64,000 bases of DNA, from assembly GCA_963768655.1 (NCBI GenBank), contig CAVYIM010000008.1:33584-97583 (forward strand). Reading direction: 5' to 3'. Origin of the DNA: an uncultured Chloroflexia bacterium (GTDB lineage Bacteria > Chloroflexota > Limnocylindria > Limnocylindrales > CSP1-4). Positions 10,671-20,233 of this stretch are shown here, in pieces; position 1 is the stretch's first letter; the number at the start of each line of letters is the position of its first letter. The notes under the pieces are model-generated. The model was not told the DNA's origin. It made no database searches and saw only the letters and a list, made by a program, of their open reading frames with translations. A program made the translations under genes and the position numbers.

Positions 10671-12266
10671 ATGACCCCGCCGCACCATGGTCACCCGCGT
10701 CGATGGGCGATCCTCGCCGTCCTCGTACTGGCCCTGTTCGGCATCGGCATGGACAACACGGTCCTGATGGTTGCCCTGCCCATTCTGTCGAACGATCTGC
10801 ATGCGGACACCAGCCAGCTGCAGTGGATGGTCGACGCCTACACGCTCGTCTTCGCGAGCCTGCTGCTCATGTCGGGTGCACTCTCCGATCGGTTCGGCCG
10901 GCGGCGGATGCTCGTCCTGGGGATGAGCCTGTTCGGGTTGGGCTCGGCCCTCACGCCGCTGGTGGGCAGTGCGGACCAGCTCATCGCCCTGCGCTCCTTC
11001 ATGGGTCTGGGCGCCTCGCTGGCGATGCCGCCGACGCTCTCGATCATCGCCGACGTCTTCGACGTGAACGAACGACCGAAGGCGATCGCCGTATGGAGCG
11101 GGACCGCCGCACTCGCGATCGTGGCCGGTCCAATCCTGGCCGGCTTCCTGCTCGAGCACTTCGCCTGGCCGTCCGTCTTCGTGGTCAACGTACCGGTGGT
11201 CGTGGTCGGGCTCATCGCCACTCTCGCCATCATCCCGGAGTCCAAGGCCCCCGGGCACATCCCGATGGACCCGGTCGGCGCCCTGCTCTCGGTCATCGCC
11301 CTTGTCGCTCTCACGTACGGAATCATCGAGGCGCCTGGCTACGGATGGTCGGACGCGCGCATCGTGGGTGCGCTGCTCGTCGCCGTCCTCTTTGGCGTCC
11401 TCTTCGTCGCCTGGGAGCGCCGCCTGGCCCACCCCATGGTCGAGGTCGGGCTCTTCCGCAACGCCCGCTTCAGCGCCGCCTGCGTCTCGGTCACGCTCTC
11501 GTTCTTCGCCCTCAACGGGGCCCTGTTCATGCTCACTCTGTACCTGCAGCAGGTCAGAGGCCTTTCGCCGCTGGACACGGGCTTTCGCTTCATCGCGATT
11601 GCCGCAGGCGTCGTCGTGGCCTCGCCGATCGCCGCCCGGCTGACCGTTCTCTCCGGTGCCAGGCTCACCACTTCCCTCGGGCTCGCCATCATCGCCGTGG
11701 GCCTGGGCCTGGCCGCGACGATCGGCGTCTCGACGGGCGATGCGCAGATCCTGGCGATCCTCTTCGTGGCGGCTGCCGGGATCGGCCTGTCGATGACGCC
11801 CGCCACGGACGCCATCATGGGCGCCGTGCCGCCCGACAAGTTCGGCGTGGGATCGGCCGTCAACGACACCACTCGGGAGCTCGGCGGCGCCCTCGGCGTC
11901 GCCATCCTGGGCAGCCTGTGGCAGGGCTCATACGCGGATCGCGTTGCCGGTGCCGCGGCCGTGCTGCCGCACGACGCGGCCGAGGCGGTTCGCGGCTCGT
12001 TCGCCGGGGCGGCCGCCGTGGCCGCACAGCTCGGCGGGCAACCGGGTGCGGCCCTCCTGGGCGCGGCGAGGACCGCGTTCGTCGCGGCGATGGATTGGAC
12101 GTGCCTCGTCGGAGTGGCGTTCGCCGTCGCCGGCCTGGTCGTGGCCGTCCTGTACCTGCCGGCACGTGCGGCAACGGCACCGGCGGCAGGAGCGGCACTC
12201 CCGCAGCAAACGGAGATCGTGCGATTGGGCAGCTCGAGTGCCGGCGAGGGACGGTTGCTCAGCTAG
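10671..12266 (+). CDS. DHA2 family MFS efflux permease
   Basis: QLQWMVDAYTLVFASLLLMSGALSDRFGRRR, GSAVNDTTRELGGALGVA; AAAGGAG RBS. Confidence 0.93.
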   Translation: MTPPHHGHPRRWAILAVLVLALFGIGMDNTVLMVALPILSNDLHADTSQLQWMVDAYTLVFASLLLMSGALSDRFGRRRMLVLGMSLFGLGSALTPLVGSADQLIALRSFMGLGASLAMPPTLSIIADVFDVNERPKAIAVWSGTAALAIVAGPILAGFLLEHFAWPSVFVVNVPVVVVGLIATLAIIPESKAPGHIPMDPVGALLSVIALVALTYGIIEAPGYGWSDARIVGALLVAVLFGVLFVAWERRLAHPMVEVGLFRNARFSAACVSVTLSFFALNGALFMLTLYLQQVRGLSPLDTGFRFIAIAAGVVVASPIAARLTVLSGARLTTSLGLAIIAVGLGLAATIGVSTGDAQILAILFVAAAGIGLSMTPATDAIMGAVPPDKFGVGSAVNDTTRELGGALGVAILGSLWQGSYADRVAGAAAVLPHDAAEAVRGSFAGAAAVAAQLGGQPGAALLGAARTAFVAAMDWTCLVGVAFAVAGLVVAVLYLPARAATAPAAGAALPQQTEIVRLGSSSAGEGRLLS

Positions 12267-12909
12267 CCTCGGCACGCTCGGCACGGCGGCCGTTCGGCTC
12301 GATCGGTGCCGCCGGCACGTTGAACGCCAGCAGGGCAGGTCGCCGGCCGGTCATCCGGATCTCGGTCAGCGCGCAGTTCCCGATGAGCGGGAACAGCCGC
12401 CGGTAGTCGCCCAGCGGCGACCCGAGCAAGTGGCACAGGGCCAGCCGGATCACCGTCGCGTGCGCCACCACGAGGACGCGGCCATCCGGCTGGGCTCCGG
12501 CGATGTCGTCCAGGCACGAGGCGAACCGTGCGACGGCCGCGACGGGATCCTCGCCTCCGGGCAGGTGGTTGGCGACGGAGTCGAGGCCGAAGGCGGCGAA
12601 CGCCGCCGGAAACCGCTCCTCCATCTCGTGCGAAGTCAATCCCTCGCCGTCGCCGAAGTCCAGCTCCCGGAGCCGGGTATCGACCTGCAGGCGCACGCCC
12701 GCCGCGTCGGCGCACGTTGTCGCGGTCGCGAGCGCCCGACCCAGCGGCGACGACCAGACCGCGGCCAGCCTGGCCGAGGAAGCCCACGCCGCGAGCTGCG
12801 CGGCCTGCTCGAGCCCGCGCGCCGACAACTCAACCTCGGACACCCCCGCGTACCTGTTCTCGGCGTGCCAGAGCGTCTCGCCGTGCCGCACCAGGAAGAG
12901 GTGGGTCAT
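12259..12909 (-). CDS. Histidine phosphatase (PGAM family)
   Basis: LVRHGET, LRELDFG, VLVVAH; start overlaps kinase stop. Confidence 0.92.
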   Translation of the reverse strand: MTHLFLVRHGETLWHAENRYAGVSEVELSARGLEQAAQLAAWASSARLAAVWSSPLGRALATATTCADAAGVRLQVDTRLRELDFGDGEGLTSHEMEERFPAAFAAFGLDSVANHLPGGEDPVAAVARFASCLDDIAGAQPDGRVLVVAHATVIRLALCHLLGSPLGDYRRLFPLIGNCALTEIRMTGRRPALLAFNVPAAPIEPNGRRAERAEAS

Positions 12910-14405
12910 AGCTCGGCTCGCTCCCGCGCGTGTGCCGCCAGAGCGGTGCCGAGCCAGCCACGACGCTCCAGCTCGTCGGCCAGGCGCACGTACGCCGCCG
13001 CGAAACGCTCCCCCGAACCCGGGCGCGGGTCGATCGTCACCCGGATCCTCACCATCTCGGCGGCGACGTCGGCAGCATCCCGGCCTACGCTGGCCGCGAG
13101 AACCGCCATCCCCAGCGCGGGCTCCGAGTTCTCCGGAAGGGCGACCGGACGCCCGAGGATGTCGGCCCGGAGCTGGCACCAGTACTCGCTGCGCGTGGCG
13201 CCGCCGGTGAGGACGAGATCCCCGTCGATCGGGGCGCCCAGGAGGTCCAGATAGTCGTAGCAGAGGCGCTCGACGTAGCCGACGCCCTGCAAGATGGCCG
13301 CGAACCGCCCTGCCTCCGAGCCGTCGCCCCCGAGCTCGAAACCCTGCGCCGCCGGCGCGACGAACGGGAAGCGCTCGCCCGCCGAGACGAGCGGGTAGGC
13401 GAGCATCGCGGCCGGTTCGTGGGCGGACGCGGCGCGACCGAGCTCGTCCAGATCGCGACCGGCGAAGTCCCGGGCGATGAGCCCCGCGCCGGTGCTGGAC
13501 GCGCCACCGGGGAGCCAGTCCCCGTTTGGCGCGCGGTGTGAGTAGACCGCACCGAGCGGGTCGTGGATCAGTTCGTGGGCGACGCCCTTGACGACGAGCG
13601 TCGTGCCGAGGACCGAATTCCAGCAGCCGGGGCGCAGCGCTCCGGCGCCGAGTTGTGCCGCGCAGCCGTCGGTCATGCCCGCGACCACGGGCGTGCCCGG
13701 CGGGATGCCGGTCGCGGCCGCGGCGGCGCGGCTCACCTCTCCGATGACCGTCCCCGAACGAACGAGCTCCGGCAGCAGATCCGCCGGCACGCCGAGGGCT
13801 GCCATGACTTCGGCCGGCCATCGTTCCTCGACGAGATGCGCACCGGTCTTGAGCGCGTTGCTCAGATCGGACGGCACCTCACGACCGGCGAGCCGGCGGT
13901 TGACGAAGTCGGACTGATGGGCGAGCCTCGCGCCCCGGGGCAGCTGCGGGTACTCCTCGAGCAGCCAGAGGAGTTTCGGCAGGGCCCACGATGGCTGCAT
14001 CCGGCCATAGCCCAGTTCGGCCCAGACTCGCTCGCCCGCCCCGTTGACGCGATCGACGAGCCCCGCGGCACGGGTGTCGTCGTACATGAGGCCCTGCGTC
14101 AGCGGTGACCCCTTGCGGTCGACCAGCAAGAGCGTCCCCGAGGTCGCGTCGACCGCGACGCCGTGGACCGCCGCAGCCGACACCGTTTGCATCGCCTCGG
14201 ACGATGCCGCGGCGATCGCCCGCCACCACGCCTCCGGGTCCTGCTCGTGCCGAACGCCGGACCTGTGGCTGGTGAGCGGCTGCGTGCCCGCCCCGACGAC
14301 CTCGCCGCTGGCGGTGACGGCCAGGGCGCGCGCGCTCTGCGTGCCGACGTCGAGGCCGAGCCAGACGCCGGATTCGCGCTCGCCGATGGTGCGGTGGGTA
14401 CTCAC
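12906..14405 (-). CDS. FGGY family carbohydrate kinase
   Basis: LGLDVGTQSAR, MYDDTRA, AGMTDGCAAQLGAG, LTGGATRS. Confidence 0.92.
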   Translation of the reverse strand: MSTHRTIGERESGVWLGLDVGTQSARALAVTASGEVVGAGTQPLTSHRSGVRHEQDPEAWWRAIAAASSEAMQTVSAAAVHGVAVDATSGTLLLVDRKGSPLTQGLMYDDTRAAGLVDRVNGAGERVWAELGYGRMQPSWALPKLLWLLEEYPQLPRGARLAHQSDFVNRRLAGREVPSDLSNALKTGAHLVEERWPAEVMAALGVPADLLPELVRSGTVIGEVSRAAAAATGIPPGTPVVAGMTDGCAAQLGAGALRPGCWNSVLGTTLVVKGVAHELIHDPLGAVYSHRAPNGDWLPGGASSTGAGLIARDFAGRDLDELGRAASAHEPAAMLAYPLVSAGERFPFVAPAAQGFELGGDGSEAGRFAAILQGVGYVERLCYDYLDLLGAPIDGDLVLTGGATRSEYWCQLRADILGRPVALPENSEPALGMAVLAASVGRDAADVAAEMVRIRVTIDPRPGSGERFAAAYVRLADELERRGWLGTALAAHARERAEL

Positions 14406-14452
14406 GCTCCGAGTCTAGCCTGTCGCCCGCGCCACAATGGCGCGGAGCAGGC

Positions 14453-15823
14453 TCAGCTGACGACGATCCCGGACTGGCTGCCCTCGATGGACGCGGCCGC
14501 CTTGTCGGTCGCCGTAACGGCCCACGTGCCGGCCGTTCTCAACGTGACGTGGAACACGTGAACCCCGTTGTCGGCTTCCGTGAACGTGTAGTCGGCTGGA
14601 AGGACCGCCCTGGCATCTGAACTGGTGAAGTGCACCGTGCCTCGATAGCCGGTTGCGGTGTTGCCGTATGCATCCCTGGCTGTGACCGTGAGCAAGCCCG
14701 CGGTTCCGGCCGATTCGGGGCTACGGAGGCCGGACAGGGCGAGTGTCGAGGCGGCGGCGGGCCGCACGACGATGCCGGTAAGAGACCCGCCTATCCATGG
14801 GATCGCCGTATCGGTCGCGGTGATCGACTGCGTGCCGGCCGACTTCAGCGTCACGTGGAAGATGTGGACTCCCGCGTCAGTCGCCGTGAACGTGTAGTCC
14901 GGGGGCAGGACCGCGACTCGATCTGTGCTCGTGAAGTGAACAGTGCCGTGGTACCCGGTCACCGTCTCGCCGGACGCATCCGTCACCGTGACCGTGAGGG
15001 AGCTCGAACTGCCCGGGTCTCTGGGCGAGGCCAGGCCGGACATGGTGAGCACCTGGGTGTTGTCCCAGAGCCATTGGCGAGTCGTGAGGCCACTGCTGTG
15101 AATGGCGCTGGCCTCGGCCCGGCCGACGTAGCGATAGTGCCAGGGTTCGTATTTGTAACAGGTCACTGATGGGCTCTTACCCTTGGGGTAGCTCATGATG
15201 AAGCCATATTCCCAGGCGTTCTGGGCCATCCAGGCACCGGCCTTGGTCTTGGCCCAATCGGAGTAGAGCCAGGGAGCGGATCCACCGCGAGAAGTGAAAT
15301 CGATGGCGGTTCCGAGCTGGTGCTCTGAATGTCCGGGCCTCGCGGACGCGAGCAGGGCCGTCTTGAGTCCAGCCACTCTGACCCAGTACCTGAACGTGGA
15401 GGCCTGGGTCGAGTAGCTCCGAAATGCGGACGCGATCTGAAGGGGGGCGCCGGCCGCGCTCGCCGCCCGGGCCATGGCAAGCAGATCCGGCTTGACCAGG
15501 CTGCGAACTCGGCCGCCGCCCGGAAGGCCGGTTGAGACGAGGTCGGGCGGGGAGTAGGTCGACGGAAGTCTTCGAGTGGTATCGAGCAGCGTGACGGCCC
15601 AGTCGCTGTACGAGCTATACACGGTCGGAATGTCCGCATAGGTACAAGCGGGCGGGGCTGCGCTGCTGGCGTCGACCTGGGCCGGGGCGACGATCATGAA
15701 TGCGAGCGCGCCGCTCGATGCGATGACCGTCAGCTCAACCGTGGCAAGCACGCGCCGCAAGAGATGCATGTCGACCCGCCTCTGGAACCTCAACCGCCTT
15801 GGCATCGGTCTACCCTCTGGCAT
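14453..15823 (-). CDS. VanY/M15B D,D-carboxypeptidase with two C-terminal Ig-like modules (start uncertain)
   Basis: SAFRS, ARPGHSEHQLGTAID, YEPWHYRYVG; two GYxGTVHFTSxD modules. Confidence 0.9.
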   Translation of the reverse strand: MPEGRPMPRRLRFQRRVDMHLLRRVLATVELTVIASSGALAFMIVAPAQVDASSAAPPACTYADIPTVYSSYSDWAVTLLDTTRRLPSTYSPPDLVSTGLPGGGRVRSLVKPDLLAMARAASAAGAPLQIASAFRSYSTQASTFRYWVRVAGLKTALLASARPGHSEHQLGTAIDFTSRGGSAPWLYSDWAKTKAGAWMAQNAWEYGFIMSYPKGKSPSVTCYKYEPWHYRYVGRAEASAIHSSGLTTRQWLWDNTQVLTMSGLASPRDPGSSSSLTVTVTDASGETVTGYHGTVHFTSTDRVAVLPPDYTFTATDAGVHIFHVTLKSAGTQSITATDTAIPWIGGSLTGIVVRPAAASTLALSGLRSPESAGTAGLLTVTARDAYGNTATGYRGTVHFTSSDARAVLPADYTFTEADNGVHVFHVTLRTAGTWAVTATDKAAASIEGSQSGIVVS

Positions 15824-16208
15824 CGGTCGCCGGCGACGGTTCTGTAGGATCTCGATCGGGCTTGCACCCTACCCAGGGGCGCAGCGGCGAGCATGGCCTA
15901 GACGAGCGGAACGCCGACCCGTCGGAAGGCCGCCGGCATGCCCGGGCAGGATTTGGCGAGAGGCTCTCCGGCGACGGGTTTCCCGATCGTGAATCGCACC
16001 ATGAGGGCGTGCTCACCTGGCTGGCCGGACGGATCTACTCCAACTCGGTCTTGCGCCTTGGGGCGCGAGTTCGCGTCGTCGACGCTCTATTCGGGAAGCA
16101 GGGGCGAGGCCCTGCTCGCCGCCGCCACGTAGTCCGAGGCCCCGGCGCCAGCCGGGGCCTCCGAGCGTCTGCGAGGGTCGAAAGAGCCGAGTAGCGAGCC
16201 TCCGCCCG

Positions 16209-19200
16209 CTACTTCCAATACCCGGTGATATCGAGAGCGATGTTGGCGCTGGAGCCGGTGGTGCCGGCCCACTCGAGAGCGACGTGACCCGAGGCTCCCA
16301 GAGCGACATCGAAGCCGTTGGCCTCGGAATGTCCGGAGGCCACGTTGAGGGTAGAGGTGGTCGGAGTGGCGACGATCTCAGGTGATACGAGAGCCCAGCC
16401 AGCCGATGAGGGAGATAGCACCGTCAGGTTGCCGCTGATACCGGCGGCGCCAGAGGGGACACCGGCCGTACCGCCGATGGTGAAGAGTCTCGCGCTCCGG
16501 CTCGCGAAGGTACCCGACAGTCCGAGACTGACCGAGGAGTCGAGAACCCGGACCGGTGCGATCGGGTAGTAGGACAGACCACCGGTCCCTGCGGTGAAGT
16601 AGCCGGTGACATCGAAGATGACATCGGCCGATGATCCGGCGGTGCCATCCCAGACGGCCTCTAGCTTGCCGCTCTTGAGGGCCACGGTGACACCGTTGGC
16701 GACGGTGGCTCCGGCGGCGACATTGAGAGTCGAGGTCGAGGGTACGGCGGCGATCGTGGGACCGACCGAGACATAGCCGATAGAGCTGGCATCGGTCACG
16801 GTCAGGTTGCCGGTGACAGCGGTGGCGGCCGACGGTACCAGGGCGGATGACCAGCCCAGGGCCTTGACGCCGGCGATCGCGAAGGTCCGGACACTCTTGT
16901 CCGCGAACTTACCCGCAAGACCGATGTTGGTGTGACCCGAGCCGGTCGGTCTGGTATCGAGGATCCGGCCCGGTGTCAGGACGTGATAGGTGGCGCCGCT
17001 CGTATCGGGGGTGAAGAAGCCTGTGACATCGAAGATGAGATCGATCGTGGCTCCGCCGGTAGCCGAGCGATAGACCGCCGAGAGCTTACCTCCGGCTCCT
17101 AGCCCCATAGTCACGTTGTTGGCCCGGATGTCGCCCTTGACGAAGTTGATCGTGGTAGTGGCACCGCTGGCGGTCATGGTCGGTCCCAGGGCGACCACTC
17201 CGGGGGCGGTCTCGTTCACGATGGTCAGGTTGCCCGTGACCGCGGTGGCATTGGTCGGTACGGCGACGCTGCTCGCCCCTACGCCGATGACACCGGCCAC
17301 CGCGAAGGTCCGGACCGTACCTGCGGTGAACTTACCGGATAGTCCGATGTTGGTGTGACCCGAGCCTGTGGGGCGGGAGTCCAGCACCCGCGCCGGGCTA
17401 GTGGCGTGGTACGTGGAGGCGGGCGGAGCGACCACGACGCTCTGGGAGCCGGTGATGGAGGCCGTCGTCGTGTCCGTCGCGGTCACCGACTGGGTGCCGG
17501 GTGTGCGAAGGGTGACGGCAAAGGTGCCGACCCCCGATGTGAGCTTGGCGTTGGCCGCCAGGGTCGCGGCGCCATCGCTGCTCGAGATGTGGACCGTGCC
17601 GGTGTAGCCGGTGGCGGTGTTGCCGTAGGCATCGAGAGCCTTGACGGTCACGCTGTGCGCGACACCGACAGTCGTCGGGCTCGGGTAGCCCGAGACGGAC
17701 AGGTGGGTCGCCGCGCCCGGATTGACCACGATCCCGCTCTGGGACCCCGTGATCGAGCTAGTGGCCGTGTCGGTTGCGATTACCGACTGGGTGCCCGCGG
17801 TCTTGAGGGCGACGGAGAACGCATGGACGCCTGCGTCGGACGCGGTGAAGGTGTAGGCCGCCGGCAATGTCGCGGAACCGTCGCTGCTGCTGAACTGGAC
17901 GGTGCCTCGATACAGGGTGTCAGTGCCGCCGCCCGCCCACTTTGCGGTGATCTTGATCGTGCCTGTGGTTCCCGCGGTCCGCGGCGAGGTCAACCCCGAA
18001 ACCGTGAGCCCCGTGGCCGGAGCCAGGGCCAGGGCATGGAAGCCACCGGCGGAGAGCGCGGTGACGCCCGAGAGGCCGGCCGGGATGTCGGTCTGGCCGT
18101 CGCTGTCATCGCCCCAGGAGGCGACTGTGCCGTCGGAGGCCAGGGCGAGGCTGAACTGGTCGCCGGCGGTGACCGCCTTGATGCCTACCAGACCCGGAAC
18201 GTCAGTCTGGTTGTGTGTGTCCTGGCCCCAGGCGAAGACGGTGCCGTTCGAGCGCAGGGCGAGGCCGAAGGCCCAACCGGCGGCGATGGACTTGACGTCC
18301 GTGAAGGTAGATGTGGCGCGCTGACCCTGGCTGTTGTCGCCCCAGGCGACGACCGTGCCGTCCGCCTTCAAGGCCATGCTGAAATAGGCCCCGGCGGCGA
18401 TCGCGACAACGCCCGATGTGGCGGCAGCAGGCACGGTGGCCTGGCCGTTGCCGTTGCGCCCCCAGGCGACCACTGTGCCGTCCGACTCGAGCGCGAGGGC
18501 GTGTTCGTAACCCGCGGCGATTGCCTTGACCCCGGTCAGGGAGGGGAGGTTCGTCTGGCCGTAGCTGTTGTCGCCCCAGGGGATGATGGAGCCGTCCGAC
18601 TTCAGGGCCATGCTGAAGTTGCCACCCGCGGCGATGGCGGCGACGCCAGTTTGAGCGGCGGTCGGAACGGCCTCGATGCCGGGGACGTTCTGGCCCCAGG
18701 CCACCACCGTGCCGTTCGATTTGAGTGCAAGGCTGTGGTACATACCCGCGGAAATGGCCTTGACGCTGGTCAGGCTGGCCGGGACGTTCGTCTGGCCGGA
18801 AGTGTCAAGGCCCCAGGTGGCCACAGGATCGGGTGAAGCCGGAGCCATCAAAGCGAGGCTGAAATGGTACCCGCCAGTAACGGCTATGACACCGGAGAGG
18901 CCGGCCGGGACGGTGCTCTCGCCCAACTCGTTGTCGCCCCAGGCGACGACGGTGCCGTCCGACTTCACGGCGAGAGCGTGGCCGCCACCGGCGGCGATCG
19001 CAACCACGCCCGATTGAGCAGCAGTCGGGACCTCGGTCTCTCCGGAGTAATCCCAACCCCAGGCGGTCAGGGAGCCGTCAGACTTGAGGGCGAAACAGCC
19101 GGCACCATCGGTGGCGATCGCCTTGACGTCCGAGAGGCCAGCTGGGACGTCAGACTGGCCATAGTCATTCCGCCCCCATACGACGACCGTGCCGTCCGAC

Positions 19201-19877
19201 TTGAGGGCCATGCTGAAGAACGGCCCGGCGGCGATCGCGATGACTCCTGATTGAGCGGCAACCGGGACGGTCGTTTCGCCGTAGTAGGCCTTACCCCAGG
19301 CGACGACCTGGCCGTTCGACTTGAGGGCGAGGCTGTGCTCTACGCCGGCAGCGATCGCGATGACCCCCGAGAGCCCGGCCGGAACGTCGGTCTGGCCGCC
19401 GGTATCGTCGCCCCAGGCTGCGACCGTGCCGTCCGACTTCAGGGCGAGACTGAAGTCGCCGCCGGCAGCGATCGCGGTAACGCCCGAGAGGCCCGTCGGA
19501 ACTATGTCGTCGCTGCTAGTGTCGCCCCAAGCCACTACAGTGCCATCAGACTTCAGAGCCAGGGTGTGGTAGTTGGTGCCGGCGGCGATCGCCGCGACTC
19601 CCGACAACCCGGCAGGGATGTCGAGTTGGTGGAAGCCGTCGCTGCCCCAGCCCACAACGGTGCCGGTCGGCGCCGCAATCGCAGGCACGGGGGCCGCAAC
19701 CGCCGGCCCGGGCGCGGCGGCTGCCGCAACCGGCGTGACGGCCGGCACGCCCCATACGGTCAGCAGTCCGGAGAGCAGGACCGCCGCCGGGGCAATCCCC
19801 AGGAACCGGCCAATCGGCCGGTGTGAAGCAGGCGAGGCACACCCAGACCGAACAAGCGCCGACGTCAGTGACTTCAC
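16209..19877 (-). CDS. Paralog of 2759-6121: 14 BLIP-II/RCC1-like repeats, two Ig-like modules, three C-terminal beta domains
   Basis: Same architecture; 22-bp start region GGAGCGGGGTTCGGTGAAGTCA identical to the paralog. Confidence 0.9.
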   Translation of the reverse strand: MKSLTSALVRSGCASPASHRPIGRFLGIAPAAVLLSGLLTVWGVPAVTPVAAAAAPGPAVAAPVPAIAAPTGTVVGWGSDGFHQLDIPAGLSGVAAIAAGTNYHTLALKSDGTVVAWGDTSSDDIVPTGLSGVTAIAAGGDFSLALKSDGTVAAWGDDTGGQTDVPAGLSGVIAIAAGVEHSLALKSNGQVVAWGKAYYGETTVPVAAQSGVIAIAAGPFFSMALKSDGTVVVWGRNDYGQSDVPAGLSDVKAIATDGAGCFALKSDGSLTAWGWDYSGETEVPTAAQSGVVAIAAGGGHALAVKSDGTVVAWGDNELGESTVPAGLSGVIAVTGGYHFSLALMAPASPDPVATWGLDTSGQTNVPASLTSVKAISAGMYHSLALKSNGTVVAWGQNVPGIEAVPTAAQTGVAAIAAGGNFSMALKSDGSIIPWGDNSYGQTNLPSLTGVKAIAAGYEHALALESDGTVVAWGRNGNGQATVPAAATSGVVAIAAGAYFSMALKADGTVVAWGDNSQGQRATSTFTDVKSIAAGWAFGLALRSNGTVFAWGQDTHNQTDVPGLVGIKAVTAGDQFSLALASDGTVASWGDDSDGQTDIPAGLSGVTALSAGGFHALALAPATGLTVSGLTSPRTAGTTGTIKITAKWAGGGTDTLYRGTVQFSSSDGSATLPAAYTFTASDAGVHAFSVALKTAGTQSVIATDTATSSITGSQSGIVVNPGAATHLSVSGYPSPTTVGVAHSVTVKALDAYGNTATGYTGTVHISSSDGAATLAANAKLTSGVGTFAVTLRTPGTQSVTATDTTTASITGSQSVVVAPPASTYHATSPARVLDSRPTGSGHTNIGLSGKFTAGTVRTFAVAGVIGVGASSVAVPTNATAVTGNLTIVNETAPGVVALGPTMTASGATTTINFVKGDIRANNVTMGLGAGGKLSAVYRSATGGATIDLIFDVTGFFTPDTSGATYHVLTPGRILDTRPTGSGHTNIGLAGKFADKSVRTFAIAGVKALGWSSALVPSAATAVTGNLTVTDASSIGYVSVGPTIAAVPSTSTLNVAAGATVANGVTVALKSGKLEAVWDGTAGSSADVIFDVTGYFTAGTGGLSYYPIAPVRVLDSSVSLGLSGTFASRSARLFTIGGTAGVPSGAAGISGNLTVLSPSSAGWALVSPEIVATPTTSTLNVASGHSEANGFDVALGASGHVALEWAGTTGSSANIALDITGYWK
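16475..16597 (-). repeat. 123-bp repeat, direct copy at 21986-22108 (1 mismatch)
   Basis: Direct sequence comparison. Confidence 0.88.
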
Positions 19878-20233
19878 CGAACCCCGCTCCTTCCGGTATC
19901 CGTAGACCCCTGCCTTACGCCGCAGGCCGCTCTTCCTTGACCCGTATAGCCCAGGCCCGTTTCGAGAGAGAGATCTCACCACCCCAAGCGCCGAGGTCGG
20001 CGCGCCAGCACTCGCGAGGTGCCGGCTCGGGCGTCCATCGCACCGGGCAAGCGCGCTCCGGGCCTCGAGGGCGTGCCCATCGATACTACCCGATCGAGCC
20101 GTCCCTGCGTAGCCGGAAGCCCGGCGCCAGTCAGCTTTGCTGGGTAGCACGATCGGGGCGTTGACTGTCCCCCAGGCTGACCGACACTCATTTGCGTTCT
20201 GCCGAAACGTGGGACCAAAGGAGTCGCTCTGGC

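Noticed and set aside
10613-12406. Long Arg/Pro/Gly-rich alternative-frame ORFs here and throughout (e.g. 17355-18836, 23416-24771, 26161-27555, 36418-37830)
   Set aside because: Shadow ORFs of high-GC genes; overlap well-supported CDSs and carry no motifs
7346-15823. VanW plus VanY as a vancomycin resistance cluster
   Set aside because: No vanHAX ligase core or vanRS; both families are common cell-wall proteins
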